A DNA stretch of 64,000 nt from Squalus acanthias (Eukaryota), in the NCBI GenBank assembly GCA_030390025.1, contig CM059431.1:133984001-134048000 (forward strand), given 5' to 3'. Positions 12,032 through 24,624 of this stretch are shown here, one piece after another (the first letter of the stretch is position 1; each line of letters starts with the position of its first letter). The position numbers were made by a program, and so were the translations under genes. The notes under the pieces are model-generated. The model did not search any database. It saw only the letters and a program-made list of their open reading frames with translations, and was not told the DNA's origin.

Positions 12032-12719
12032 ATTAAGTAAATAATGAACAATATGCAGATAGATAGTTTGGCCATGATCGACTGCATCTCTATGAACATC
12101 CCTCTCCCCAGGGTGACAATAGTAGACAGAGACAATTAAGGCAACAAGTCTTGGAAGCATGCACATGTATTTTTGTATAGATATGATGTCTAAATAACCA
12201 CATTTTATTTACATTAATGAGTTTGAATCGCTTTCTAGGATGGTGATTTATCTAGATGGAGGTGCCTATGTCAATGTAATTTCTGGAGGTTACAAATTAA
12301 CAATAAATTATTATCTTTATTTATAATGGGGACGGTTCCTATGCTTTCATACAACTACTGCACTAAGCTGTGATTTTAGATTCAAACCAGAATTTTTTAT
12401 TCTCATGCTTTTTAATGGATTTTTTTACCTTCATTTTCCTCACAATGCTCCTTTATAGGTTCCAGCTTACATGTTGCCACTGGTTGCTCTAATATTCAGC
12501 CAAACACAGGATAGACAGAGCCAGGTGGTAACCACAGAAAGGAAAGAAAGCAAAGGCAATGAAAAACATGATTATTCTATGTACTGCATCAAATGACCCA
12601 ATATTAGAGTAATACAAGAGGTAAGAGGCAAAATATACCAGATTTGAAGCTAACCTCCACATATAATAGCATTAGGCCTAGTCACCCAGTGGAAGAAATT
12701 ACAGGCATCACATCTTATT

Positions 12720-13060
12720 GATAGCTCATATTCAGTTTGCTTGATCGGTGCCTCGGCACTGGGCTCAATATCCAACCACTCCACTGTGGCTGCAAGTGTG
12801 TACAATCTACAGGATGCACAATAGCAACTCGACAAGGTCACTTCAACAACACCTCCCTTCTCTGCAACTTCGATCACTAAGAAGGACAAGAGCACCGATG
12901 TCATGGGAATACCATCACCTCCAAGTTCCCCTGCAAGTCACACACCATCCTGACTTGGGCATATATCACTGTTCCTTCGTCATCCTAGGTCAGTAATCTG
13001 GAATTCTCTGTCTAACATCATTATGGAAGCACCATTGCCAGGAGGACCAGTCAGTTGAAA
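12720..13060 (+). mobile_element. Old 3' fragment of the Zenon-like LINE
   Basis: Degenerate match to the 3' region at 46410-46750 (GTGGCTGCA..GTGTGTAC, GTCACACACCATCCTGACTTGG). Confidence 0.7.
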
Positions 13061-13439
13061 GCACTAATGGACTATTCAGTCACATTTAGCTCAGTTCTGG
13101 AAATTCCTATTGAGGAGTAAAAAAGCAAAAAGCTAGTGGACACTGAGGGAAAAAACCCATGTTTTTCTTATTAAAGTCATTAATGATAAGTTTTTACGGC
13201 ATTTTTTAGTTGCAGAGTCAAACTGAAAGTGTATTGTACTCTAGGCCTGACCAGCAGTTAATCAGTTAGTCAGGTTTAAAAGGGGAAAAGATTTCAAAGT
13301 ATCATATCATATGAGCGAAAAAAGTACTTACACAGAGGAGTTTCTGACCTGAGAATATGGGTGCAGAGGTACATCATAGTGCAGCAGGAGGAGGAACAGG
13401 ACAAGGTGACCTGGGAATGTAGAGGGCATCATAAGTGCA

Positions 13440-13680
13440 TAACTAGCAGAAGCACTATGTTTACCACAACAGGGTCAGCTATTTGGGCATGGCAGAGGAA
13501 CAGTACAGGAGTGGGCTCGGGTTCACTCGGGAGATTATGATAGAGGTGTATCACCTGTTCCATGAAGATCTACAGGAAAAGTCAATAATCTGCACACACT
13601 ACCTGCAGCAGTAAAGATCGCCACTGGCCTCAACTTTTACATCACAAGAACCTTCCAAGCACCAACAGGTTGCAATCTTG
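13440..13680 (+). pseudogene. Degraded Harbinger transposase N-terminal fragment
   Basis: Translates in pieces to LGFTREIMIEVYHLF and LPAAVKIATGLNFY...FQ, parallel to RFTKEVVTELCHLL and VALKVTVTLNFF...FQ at 16100-16250. Confidence 0.6.
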
Positions 13681-13689
13681 GTGAAGAAG

Positions 13690-15406
13690 GGAATACATTC
13701 TGTCCAGCAGACCTTTGTACACAAAAAAGAGGTCCATACAGAGTCAATATGGTTAGCGATCAAAGATAAAAGGCAATGTTTATATTAGTGGGACTGTACT
13801 GCAGACTCCTAAATTGCATAAGAGAAATGGAGCAAGAAATCGGCAGACAGATGAGGGAGATGAGTAGGAATAACAAAACTACTGTTTTTGGAGATTTCTA
13901 TTGCTCATGGAGACATTAATTACCCAGAAAAGAGAAGGATATTCCTAAAATGTGTACAGAATTCATTCTTCAAGTAGTACGTTTGTATACCTACATGGAC
14001 AGAGGCATTATGAGTAATAAAGTAAATCAAGCAGATGAGAAATTTGAGTGAGTACAATATGATAAAGCTGAAGGTCCAAATAGAAATGTAATATTTTAGT
14101 ACAAAAAAGGGCACCAGATTGGAATAAGACAGATTTTAGAAAGATGAAAAGTGAGCTAAATGGGGTAGAGGAGCAAATGGATCCAGAGGTACAGATACAC
14201 AAATCACCAAAAGAAGTGACGCAGGTTCATAAGGTCACAAATAAAGAAAACCAAGCACTGGGGTTCATTTCTAGAGGGATAGAATTGAAAAGCAGAAAAG
14301 TTATCTTAAACTTGTATAGAACCTTGGTTAGACCACACTTGGAGTACTGTGCACAGTTTTGGTCTCCATATTATAAAAAAGATATAGAGGCACTGGAGAA
14401 GGTGCAAAAAAGATTCACAAAGATGATACCAGAACTGAGAGGATATACTTATCAGGATAGGCTGAACAGGCTGGGGCTCTTTTCTCTAGAAAAGAGAAGG
14501 CTCAGTGGTGACCTGATAGAGGTCGTTAAGATTATGAAAGGGGTTGATAGGGTAGATGTAGTGAAAATATTTCCACTTGTGGGTGAGTCCAAAACTAGAA
14601 GTCATAAATATTAGACAGTCACTAATAAATCCAATAGAGAATTCAGGAGAAACTTCTTTACCCAAAGAGTGGTAAGAATGTGGAATTCACTACCACAAGG
14701 AGTAGTTGAGGTGAGTAGCTTAGATGCATTTAAGGGAAGATAGCTAAGCACGTGAGGGAGAAAGGATTACATAGGATATGCGGCACAGAAACAGGCCTTT
14801 TGGCCCAACCAATCCATGCCGGCATTTATGCTCCACTCGAGCCTCCTCCCTTCTTTCCTCATCTAAATCTATTCCCTTCTCCCTCATATGCTTATCTAGC
14901 CTCCCCTTAAATGCATCTATACTATTCGCTTCAACCACTCCCTGTGGTAGCAAGTTCCACATTCTCACCACTCTCTGGGTAAGGAAGTTTCTTCTGAATT
15001 CCCTATTTGATTTCTTGCTGACTATCTTATATTGATGGCCTCTAGTTTTGCTCTTCCCCACAAGTGGAAACACTCTCTTTCTGTCTACTCTATGAAAATC
15101 TTTCATGATTTTAAAGACCTCTATTAGGTCACCCCTCAGCCTTCTCTTTTCAAGAGAAAAGAGCCCCAGCCTGTTCATCCTTTCCTGATTGGTATACCCT
15201 CGCATTTCTAGTATCATCCTTGTAAATCTTTTTTGCACACTCTCCAATGCCTCTATATCCTTTTTACAATATGGCGACCAGAATTGTACACAGTAAAGGA
15301 ATAGGAGGATATGCTGATAGGGTTAGATGAAGTTGGCTCGTGTGGAGCATAAACGTCGGCATTAACCAGTTGGGCCGAATAGCCTGTTTCCGTGCTGTAG
15401 ACTCTG
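13690..15406 (+). mobile_element. Degraded CR1 LINE (outer copy) interrupted by an antisense CR1
   Basis: ORF 14144-14614 is a CR1 C-terminus. The 3'UTR continues at 15295-15406. Confidence 0.8.
14767..15294 (-). mobile_element. 5'-truncated CR1 inserted antisense with 6-bp TSD
   Basis: ORF 14744-15247 (-). AAAGGA occurs at both 14761-14766 and 15295-15300. Confidence 0.85.
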
Positions 15407-15899
15407 TTGCCTAGAATTCCGGGATTTAACCCTGTTAAGGCCCGTTTTCTTGAAAAAATGGCGGCCGATATGCTTCCGCCCGTTTCCGGCGGGTCCCGTG
15501 GTGGCCGCCATTTAGGGAAGGTCAGCAGCGCTGCCATTGCCAGCGCTCGCTGCTGAAATGGAAATGAGGCAGATTGTGATGTCAATGAGTGTGCAATGCT
15601 CATTTCATACACAATCTGCCGTTTTCGCCGTTCCACTTACTGCCCTTTCTTAATCACAACCAGCTGACCAAGCGTTCAGCAGCAGGAAGGAGTCCCCGGC
15701 AGCGCTATTTAAAGGGCTCATCATCAACAACTTGCAGCTTACATGGTTTCTCAATTTGACTGGCTCTGTCTAAGTTTCTGCAACTCTTGCAGCTTTCTAA
15801 ATTTGTTTAAAATTCCTGAGGTGACAGGGAGTGTTGCTGCAAGTGGAGAATACCTTCATTCTCATTTAATGGCTACTGCTCACACCACTTGCTCACAGT

Positions 15900-17060
15900 C
15901 ATGGCAGCTCTCCTTGCAGTCCCCCTCGTGCTCAAGTATCTTCGAGAGAGGGAGTGTGAGGCAGCGAAGAAGACAAGAACATGCGCGCAGTGGGAGGAGG
16001 TGGGCTAGAAGGGCTCTCAACAGGAGGCCTTACCCACCTAGGGAATTCCAAGAGCATTTCTCTTACCTCCAGTTAAGTGAGAAGCAGTGTATTAGGAGGC
16101 TCCGCTTCACCAAGGAGGTGGTCACAGAACTCTGCCACCTCTTGCAACCAGATCTGCAGCCTGAGAGCATGGCAACCACGGCTTTCCCAGTAGCCCTCAA
16201 GGTCACTGTGACCCTCAATTTCTTCACCAGCGGATCCTTCCAGTCTGCAGCATGAGACATAACTAACATCTCACAGTTCACCGTCCATCGCTGCCATCCA
16301 TGAGGTCACTGAGGCGCTCTACTACAGGAAAAGGGACTACATTGTCTTCTCTCTGAACAGAGAGAGACAGGACAAGCGCGCATGTGGCTTTGCCAGGATA
16401 GCGGGCTTCCCCATGGTGCAGGGCACCATCGACTGCACATACGTGGCCTTGCGGGCACTGTATACCAATCCTGAGATGTTCTGTAACCGCAAAGGCTACC
16501 ACTCATTTAATGTGCAGTTGTTGTGTGACCACGCCCAGTGCATCATGATGGTGAATGCCCGATTTCCTGGCAGCTGTCATGATGCCTTCGTCCTGCAACA
16601 GTCCGCTGTGCCAACAATCTTTCAGCCACCACGTCAAACCCAAGGGGTGGCTGCTCGGAGACAAGGGCTATCCGCTCTCACCTGGCTGATGACTCCCCTC
16701 TGCAACCCCACCATTCGTGCCCAACACTCATATAATGACAGCCATGCTGCCACCAGGAACATCATCGAGCAGACCATCAGGGTGCTCAAGCAAAGGTTCC
16801 GCTGTCTTGACCGCTCAGGAGGAGCCCTCCAGTGCTCGCTGCAGTGGGTGTCCCTTTTCGTGGTGGTCTGCTGCACGCTCCACAACTTGGCCATCATCAG
16901 AAGGAGGAGGAGGGAGAGGAAGAGGATGAAGAGGAAGAGGAAGATGAAGAGGACAAGGACGAGGAGGAGGTAGAGGAACAGGAGGGAGGGAGGAGGCAGG
17001 CAGCAAATTCCCGTTCAGGACAATGACAATGAATGCCTCATCAGACTCCGATTCCAGTGA
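15900..17060 (+). pseudogene. HARBI1-like DDE transposase, frameshifted
   Basis: RRLRFTKE, GSFQ, VQGTIDCTYV, NRKGYHSFNVQ, PGSCHDAF, RNIIEQTI..LKQRFRCL, CCTLHN, acidic tail. Confidence 0.9.
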
Positions 17061-18068
17061 ATGAAACCCCAGATCCCCGTTGCTCCTCACTTCCTCATCA
17101 TCTATCATAGAACATCATAGCATCCTCCTGGGCACAAAGCTGAAATGAGAGCCACCATAAAACAGACATTCCAAACAAAAACTATAAATTTAACCGAATC
17201 CAATCAAATTACAATATCACCCTTGTGCATTCCCTTAGTGCCTGTCATTCGTGTGCCTTTACCTACTCAAGTGCTCCTTCGCAGTGGTCCCCCAATGGCT
17301 ACAGCATGTCTGGTGGAAGGCTGCTGACATTCAGTGGGGGAGACTACAGATGGCATTGCACGACGACCTTGACAAGGTATGGACCTAGAAGGCTTGGCTG
17401 TAGACTGCACCACCTCAGCATGGGCGTCAGCAGTCTGGACTACTGGCTGATAGGCAGCGGCAAGGGCAACAGCGGAGTGGCAGTGGTGGGAGTAGCAATG
17501 TTATCATCATGAGAGAGGACAGCAGGTTCTTGCTCCACAGACCCACTGCCACTCCCAGGGCGGAGCCTCAGCATTCCTAGCAATCTGTTGGAGGACAGAT
17601 TACTGGCCTGCTGTGGCACCCTGCAAGACCCTTTTGAGACTCGCAATCCCAGTGACGATGGTAGCAGTCTGAACTTCCACTATGGTAGTGGGTCTCTTCC
17701 GTCTGCGCCTTTCCTCCTGGCCTGGCTGCAGCCTACTTGTGCACAGTGTCTCACCATGTGCAGATCCTGTCTCTATACTACCCTTTAAATTCTATACAGT
17801 GCCATTTTCTGAGCTGGTGTCTGTGAGTGTCAGATGCAGTGACAATGTGTCTTCTTCTCCTCCATCACTCTCCACCACAAGTTCAGGGACAGGCTGTTCT
17901 GCTGGCAGTTCTTAGGTATCCGAAAGCAGAAAGGCACAAAGGTCGGGTTGTGGTGAGGGGGAGGAGGGAATGCAAGATATCCATGTATACACCATCAGCA
18001 GCTTGTAAGTGAGAAGAGATTGTGGGATGAGGGGGAAGTGGTATGTAAGAAGAAGGATTAGGTATGAT

Positions 18069-18843
18069 AACAACAACAACAACAACTTGTATTTATATAG
18101 CACCCGTAAAACGTCCCAAGGCACTTCACAGGACTGTCATTAAAAAATTTGACACCGAGCCACATAAGGAGAAATTCGGGGAGATGACCAAAAGCTTGAT
18201 CAAAGAGGTAGGTTTTAAGGAGCGTCTTAAACCAGGAAAGAGAGGTAGAGAGGCGGAAAGGTTTATGAAGCGAATTCCAGAGCTTAGGGCCTAGGTAGCT
18301 GAAGGCACGGCCACCAATGGTTGAGTGATTGAAATCAGGAATGCTCAAGAGGCCAGAATTATAGGAGCACAGATATCTCAGGGGGTTGTGGGGCTGAAGG
18401 TGATAACAGAGATAAGGAGGGGCGAGGCCATGGAGGGATTTGAAAACAGGGATGAGAATTTTTTAAAAATCGAGATGCTGCTTAACCGGGAGCCAATGTA
18501 AGTCAGTGAGCACAGGAGTGATGGGTGAACGGGACTTAGTGCGAGTTAGGCCACGGGCGGCCGAGTTTTAAATGACCTCAAGTTTACGTAAGGTTGCAAA
18601 CAGTGTGGTTCAGCCTCAGACAGATGCTAGGGAGAGGGATGAAGTCGGTGGCTAGGGAACAGAGTTTGTGGCGGGGACTGAAGACAATGGCTTTGGTCTT
18701 CCCAATATTTAATTGGAGGAAATTTCTGCTCATCCAGTACTGGATGTCAGACAAGCAGTATGACAATTTAGAGACAGTGGAGGGGTGGAGAGAAGTGGTG
18801 GTGAGGTAGAGCTGGGTGTTGTCAGCGTGCATGTGGAAACTGA
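18069..18843 (-). mobile_element. L2 LINE 3' fragment
   Basis: (CAA)n at 18069 is the tail. ORFs 18058-18348 and 18584-18850 (-) carry L2 motifs. Confidence 0.88.
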
Positions 18844-19049
18844 GTGGCAAACATTACTGGTCCCCCACCCCGTTAAGCTCTCAGGCAATCAGCAGCACAT
18901 TTAGCGCTGAGATCAGTGCTCCAATCATTATAATGAGCAGGCAGCACGAATTTTGCGTTCTGCCTGCACCACTTTGAACGGGCGCAGGCAAATAGCGCTG
19001 GCCCTTGACACCACCCGTTTTCGGGCCATATCCAATTACTAGGCCAATG

Positions 19050-19527
19050 TAACTCTAAGTAGCTAACTGAGGTGAGGTGGAAAGAGAAATTTGCACACAG
19101 GACAAGAGATCACCAATTAGATATTTTTAAAAAGGAGGTGCAGAATAAATTTATATCATTAAAAAAGGAGGCTACTTCAAGTTCAGATTGCTGTGGATAA
19201 ACAACAAGGTTAGAAACAATCTAAAATTGAAGAAGAGGGATGTAGATCGGAAAGATATAATGAGAGAATATGAGTAAATAAGGAAAGAGGTTAAGAGAGG
19301 GATAAGGAAAGCAAAGAGGGAGTATGAGGAGAGAATGTCAAAAAATATTAAAAAGAAATGTAAAGTATTCTACAAATATATCAGTAAAAAGAGAATTGTA
19401 AATGAGGTGGAACCCCGGAGAGGAGAGGATAGTGAGTTAGTAAAGGATAAATATAAATTGGTGAAAATACTAAAAGAAAAGGATATTGAAGAGGAGGTGA
19501 ATCTTGAATTGGTTAAAAGCAAGATGT
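19050..19527 (+). mobile_element. Old CR1 ORF2 linker fragment (apparently continues at 21490-21740)
   Basis: KVFYKYISKKRI and a Lys/Glu-rich CR1 linker. GPDEIHSRNLKE appears at 21546. Confidence 0.65.
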
Positions 19528-21490
19528 GAGAACCTGGAGGAGCACGTGGGTTTGGATGCGGGTTTAAATCCTGCAAAAATGCGAGCGTGTCAGGAAGCCA
19601 GTTCCATCCCATTGATTTCCGCGTTTAACTCCAGTGCGTTAGGCTGGTTACGTGCAACCCCCTCGGGAGTGATATCTCAACACACTTTTTAAGTTTAATG
19701 TCGCATCTACGAATTTCCCGGGCTTCCTGAAACTCGCCATTGAAAGCAAGACGAGAACACAATGGCTGATTAGAAGTCATGGAAATACTGCAATACTCAG
19801 TATTCACAACTGATTTCTTACCTACTAGTGGGAAAGGGTTTGTTCACAGTACTTTTGTTGAGAGTTTAATTTCTACACTTTGGAGATTTACTGAATCACA
19901 TCAAGATGGGTAGCGCCTTGGCTGCCTTAGACTGGACTTCGGATGAGAAGCAATATGACCAGCACCAGCACCACCAGCAGCAGCAGCGGTCACTGTTGAG
20001 AGACCTGCAGCGGACAGGAGAGAGGGGAACAGCAGAGAGGTGCAGCTCGCAGGAGGCACTACCCATGACACAGAGTGTACAGACAGAGGCTGACTTTCCT
20101 TGACATGTCAGTACAGCCGTTTTTCAGGCGGCTCAGGTTATTGTGTCAGGTAGTGCGCAGACATCTGCAGCCTCATAGAAGAAGACCTGCTCCCTGCTGA
20201 ACCTGGTGGCTATGTGTTACCAATGGCTGTCGAAGTGACCACTGCCCTCAACTATTTTGCCTCCGGATCCTTTCAGGGCTCTGCTGGACACATATCCAGG
20301 ATCTCCCAGTCAGCGGCCCGCAAATGCATAAGACAGGTGAATGATGGGTTGTTTTCTAGGGCTGGCAATTATGTGACGCCAGTCAGAATGAGCAGCCACT
20401 CGGGTTTGTGTCTCTGGCTGACTTCTCACAGGTGCAGGGAGTCATCGACTGCACAAACATGGCAATTCACACAAACCCAGATCAACCATGAGTATTTGTG
20501 AAAAGAACTGCAAGGGCTTCCACTCCATCAATGTGCAGCTGCTGTGCAACCACAAAAAGATATTTCTGCAGGTGTGTGCAAGATTCCTGGGGAGCTGCCA
20601 TGATGCTTTCGTCCTGTAGCAGTCCAAGCTCCCTGACGTCTTTGGATCTGCAAGCGCACTTAAGGGGTGGCTGCTAGGAAACAAGACATACCCACTTCAA
20701 ATGTGGCTGATGACACCCATCAGAAATCCAACCAATGAAGCCCAACAGCCCTACATTGAATGACATATGACCACCAGATGTCTGATCGAACAAGCCATCG
20801 ACATGCTGAAGATGCTCTTCAGGTGCCGAGACAAATCTGGAGGCGCCCTTCAGTACGTACCAGCCAGGGTCTCCAGAATAGTTGTGGTGTGCTGCGCTTT
20901 GCACAACATTGCCCAACAGCGAGGTCTGGACCTGCAGGAAGAACAAGGCACAGAGTACAGATTGTCTGTGAACAATTCCAAGGAGGAGGGGGAGGAAGAG
21001 AGGAGGAGGAAGGTGATGAGGGCAATGCAGCACCAGCTGCTCACACTGCGGTCCAGGATACCAGGGTGCAACTGTACTCACCTTTCCTGACCTGCTTAGG
21101 TCATTATCGCACTTCCTGCACTGAATCCAGGAGCGTGGCACAGTGCTCCTACTGCTAACCTCCTGGGCCACCTCCAGCCATGCCTTCTTTATGGTAGCAG
21201 CAGGTTTCTTCCTCCCATTGCTGGGGAAGAGTATCTCTATACGGCTCCTCACTACCCCCAGCAGTACATTAAGGAAGGCATCATTGAAATGGGGCACAGC
21301 CTTTGACCATTCATGTGGGTCTTCATCACGCCCTCTGCCGCGTAATTGACGCCAATCCCTAAAATAAAATGATAATAAGCTGGCTGCATTAAAATGCCAC
21401 TGACAGATGCACTGAACTTACTTTTCGGTTTCCCATGCAATATCAGACCACCCCACTCTCAACGTGCTGCTGAGTTGTTGTCGAGGCCAT
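19528..21490 (+). mobile_element. Degraded Harbinger: transposase (+) abutting the Myb/SANT exon (-)
   Basis: The + strand gives [27 protein letters not shown] and CCALHN. The - strand (21077-21297) gives FNDAFLNVLL...AWLEVAQEV...RSWIQCRK..NDL, then a donor AAG|GTGAGT. Confidence 0.8.
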
Positions 21491-21859
21491 TGTAATAAAT
21501 AAAAGGAATGTATTAGAGAAGTTAGTTTAGTGAAAGGAGGACAAAGTGTCGGGACCTGACGAGATACATTCAAGGAACCTTAAGGAAATGGGGGAAGAAA
21601 TAGTGCAGGCAGGTGATGTGGACGTGCAGCAGGGCTTCAAGATTCAGGTTCACAAGACCTTTAAAGCAGCAGCTCAAACTCTTCAGGTTTGTCATGCAGA
21701 TAAAAAAGTTATGACCCTCTACACCTTAATGGTGAGACCTGGGACGCCCCTGACACTGGGACTCGGACCTCATTATAATGAAGCAGGTAGGGCGCAACAG
21801 CCCGCCGGCAAGATCGCATTAGCCCTCAGGTAACTGCATCCAGGGTTCAAGCCAGGGGT

Positions 21860-22130
21860 CGATGGAGGCTGGGGGTCTTGATTGGGACCGGGGTCGGATC
21901 AGCCTGGGATTCAGATCGGGGTCGGATCGGCCTGGGATTCAGATCAGGGTCGGGGGTCTAGGATCGGTCCAGGAATCATGGAGGCCGATTGGGGTCGGGT
22001 CTGGAAATCGGGGGTTGGGAGAGGAGATTGCGGTCGGGTCTGGAAATCGGGGGTTGGGAGAGGAGATTGGGGTCGGGTCTGGAAATCGGGGGTTGGGAGA
22101 GGAGATTGCGGGGGGAGGATCGGGAGCGGT
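21860..22130. repeat. G-rich tandem repeats (about 26-bp and 39-bp units)
   Basis: GGGGTCGGATC.GCCTGGGATTCAGATC repeats, then three copies of GGTCGGGTCTGGAAATCGGGGGTTGGGAGAGGAGATTG. Confidence 0.85.
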
Positions 22131-23193
22131 ACTTTTAATTGGAAACTTTTGAATCTGGATAAGACCTGCTTCATACCATTTTGTTTTACCTCTATCTCTT
22201 GTTCTCCAACAAAGGAAGCCAAAAGAAAACTGACAGATGGGCTGTGAAGACAGAAATAGAAAATAAAAAGTAATAAAAAAAGAAACTAAAGAAAGAGAAA
22301 AGTAAAAGGGGCTAGAAAAAGAGAAAATAAGAAAAAAGGACGCAGTGCTGGTTGTTTCACAGAGATACAAGCAGGACCTACGTTTTCACTGCTTGCTCAT
22401 ATCATTGTGAAGTCGGAGTGGGCAGAGATCCACACATTTTTTAAAATGTATTCTTTTATGGGATGTGGTATTCTCTTGCGAGGCCAGCATTTATTGCCTA
22501 TCCCTAATTGCCCTTGAGAAGGTGGTGGTGAGCCGCCTTCTTGAACCGCTGCAGTCCAGGTGTTGAAGCTACTCCTACAGTGCTGTTAGGTAGGGAGTTC
22601 CAGGATTTTGACCCAGCGACGATTAAGGAACAGCGATACAATTCTAAGTCAGGATGGTGTGTGACTTGGAGGGAAATTTGGAAGTGATGGTGTTCCCATG
22701 CGCCTGCTGCCCTTGTCCTTCTAGGTGGCAGAGGTCACAGGTTTGGGAGGTGCTGCCGAAGAAGCCTTGGCGAGTTGCTGCAGTGCATCTTGTCGATGGT
22801 ACACACTGCAGCCACAGTGTGCCAGTGGTGGAGGGAGTGAATGTTTAAGGGGGTAGATGGGGTGCCAATCAAGCGGGATGCTTTGTCCTGGATGTCGTCG
22901 AGCTTCTTGACTGCTGTTGGAGCTGTGCTCATCCAGGCAAGTTTACAGTATACCATCACACTCCTGACTTGTGCCTTGTAGATGGTGGAAATGCTTTGGG
23001 GAGTCAGGAGATGAGTCACTCGCTGCAGAATACCCACCCTCTGACCTGCTCTTGTAGCCACAGTATTTATGTGGCTGGTCCAGTTATGTTTCTGTTCAAT
23101 GGTGACCCCCAGGTTATTGATGGTGGGGGATTCGGCGATAGTAATCCCATTCAATGTCAAGGGGAGTTGTCTAGAATCTCGCTTGTTAGAGAT

Positions 23194-24523
23194 CATAGAA
23201 TCACAGAATGGTTACAGCACAGAAGGCGGCCATTCGGCCCATCCCGGCTCTCTGCAAGAGCACTTCAGCTAGTCCCACTCCCCCGCCCTTTCTCCGTAGC
23301 CCTGCGAATTTTTTTCTTTCAGGTACTTATCCAATTCCCTTTTGAAAGCCACGATTGAATCTGCCTCCTCCACCCTTTCAGGCAGTGCAATCCAAATCCA
23401 AACCACTCGCTGCGTAAAAAAGTTTTTCCTCATGTCGCCTTTGGTTCTTCTGCCAATCACCTTAACTCTGTGTCCTCTGGTTCTCGACCCTTCCACCAAT
23501 GCTAACAGTTTCTCTCTATTTACTCTGTCTAGACCCCTCATGATTTTGAACACCTCTATCAAATCTCCTCTCAACCTTCTCTGCTCTAAGGAGAAAAACC
23601 CCAGCTTCTCCAGTCTATCCATGAAACTGAAGTCCCTCATCCCTGGAACCATTCTTGTAAATCTTTTCTGCACTCTCTCTAAGGCCTTCACATCCTTCCT
23701 AAAATGTGGTGCCCAGAATTGGACATAGAAACATAGAAACTAGGAGCAGGAGTAGGCCATTCGGCCCGTCGAGCCTGCTCCACCATTCAATACGATCATG
23801 GCTGATCATCCAAATCCAGTACCCTGTCCCTGCTTTCTCACACAGAATCCCCACATCGAGCCTGCACCTATCCCACCCTATCCCCGTAACCCCATGTATT
23901 TAATTCCCCCTAACATATCCCATCCTATCCCCATAACCCCACATATTTAATCCCCCCCTAACACTAAGGGTCAATTTATCATAGCCAAATCAACCTAACC
24001 CGCACATTTTTGGACTGTGGGAGGAAACCGGAGCACCCGGAGGAAACCCACGCAGACACGGGGAGAATGTGCAAACTCCACACAGACAGTCACCCGAGGT
24101 CAGATTCGAACCCGGGTCCCTGGCGCTGTGAAGCACCAGTGCTAACCACTATGCCACCGTGTTGGACACAATACTCCAGTTGAGGTCGAACCACTGTTTT
24201 ATAAAGGTACATCATAACTTCCTTGCTTTTGTACTCTATGCCTCTGCTTATGAAGCCCAGGATCCCGTATGCTTTTTTAACCACTTTCTCAACCTGCCCT
24301 GCCACCTTCAACAATTTGTGCACATATACCCCCAGGTCTCTCTGTTCATGCACCCCCTTTAGAATTGTATCCTTTAGTTTATATTGCCTCTCCTTGTTCT
24401 TCTTACCAAAATGTATCACTTCGCACTTTTCTGCGTTAAATTTCATCTGCCACGTGTCCGCCCATTCCACCAGTCTGTCTATGTCCTCTTGAAGCCTATC
24501 ACTATCCCCCTCACTGTTCACTA
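23194..24523 (-). mobile_element. 5'-truncated CR1, interrupted by a SINE chimera
   Basis: ORFs 23269-23691 and 24090-24569 (-), with a tail CATAGAAT at the left end. Confidence 0.9.
23726..24161 (-). mobile_element. HE1-like V-SINE joined to a CR1 3'UTR, within a single 7-bp TSD
   Basis: tRNA-like head and V-domain match 30890-31210. TTGGACA occurs at 23719-23725 and 24162-24168. Confidence 0.85.
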
Positions 24524-24624
24524 TATGGTCATTGCCTGGCACTTGTGAGGTGCGACTGTTACTTGCCACTTATCAGCCCAAGCCTGAAAGTTGTCCAGGT
24601 CTTGCTGCATGCGGGCACAGACTG

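Larger units (their letters stand above)
15408..19045 (+). mobile_element. PIF/Harbinger DNA transposon (transposase on +, partner-gene remnant on -), interrupted by L2
   Basis: Ends TGCCTAGAATT... / ...AATTACTAGGCC. Transposase lies at 15900-17060 and the partner C-terminal exon on - at about 17215-17915. Confidence 0.85.

Noticed and set aside
16832..17026. Independent acidic protein or microsatellite
   Set aside because: It is the Glu/Asp-rich tail of the Harbinger transposase, seen also near 20990 and 56940.
15900..17060. Domesticated HARBI1 gene, or NAIF1/MSANTD for the Myb ORFs
   Set aside because: The copies are frameshifted or partial, multiple, and bounded by TIRs, so they are transposon copies. 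No gene symbol was assigned.
22240..22340. Hydrophobic membrane-protein ORF (21939-22370, -)
   Set aside because: It is a translation of a low-complexity purine tract plus the tandem repeat.
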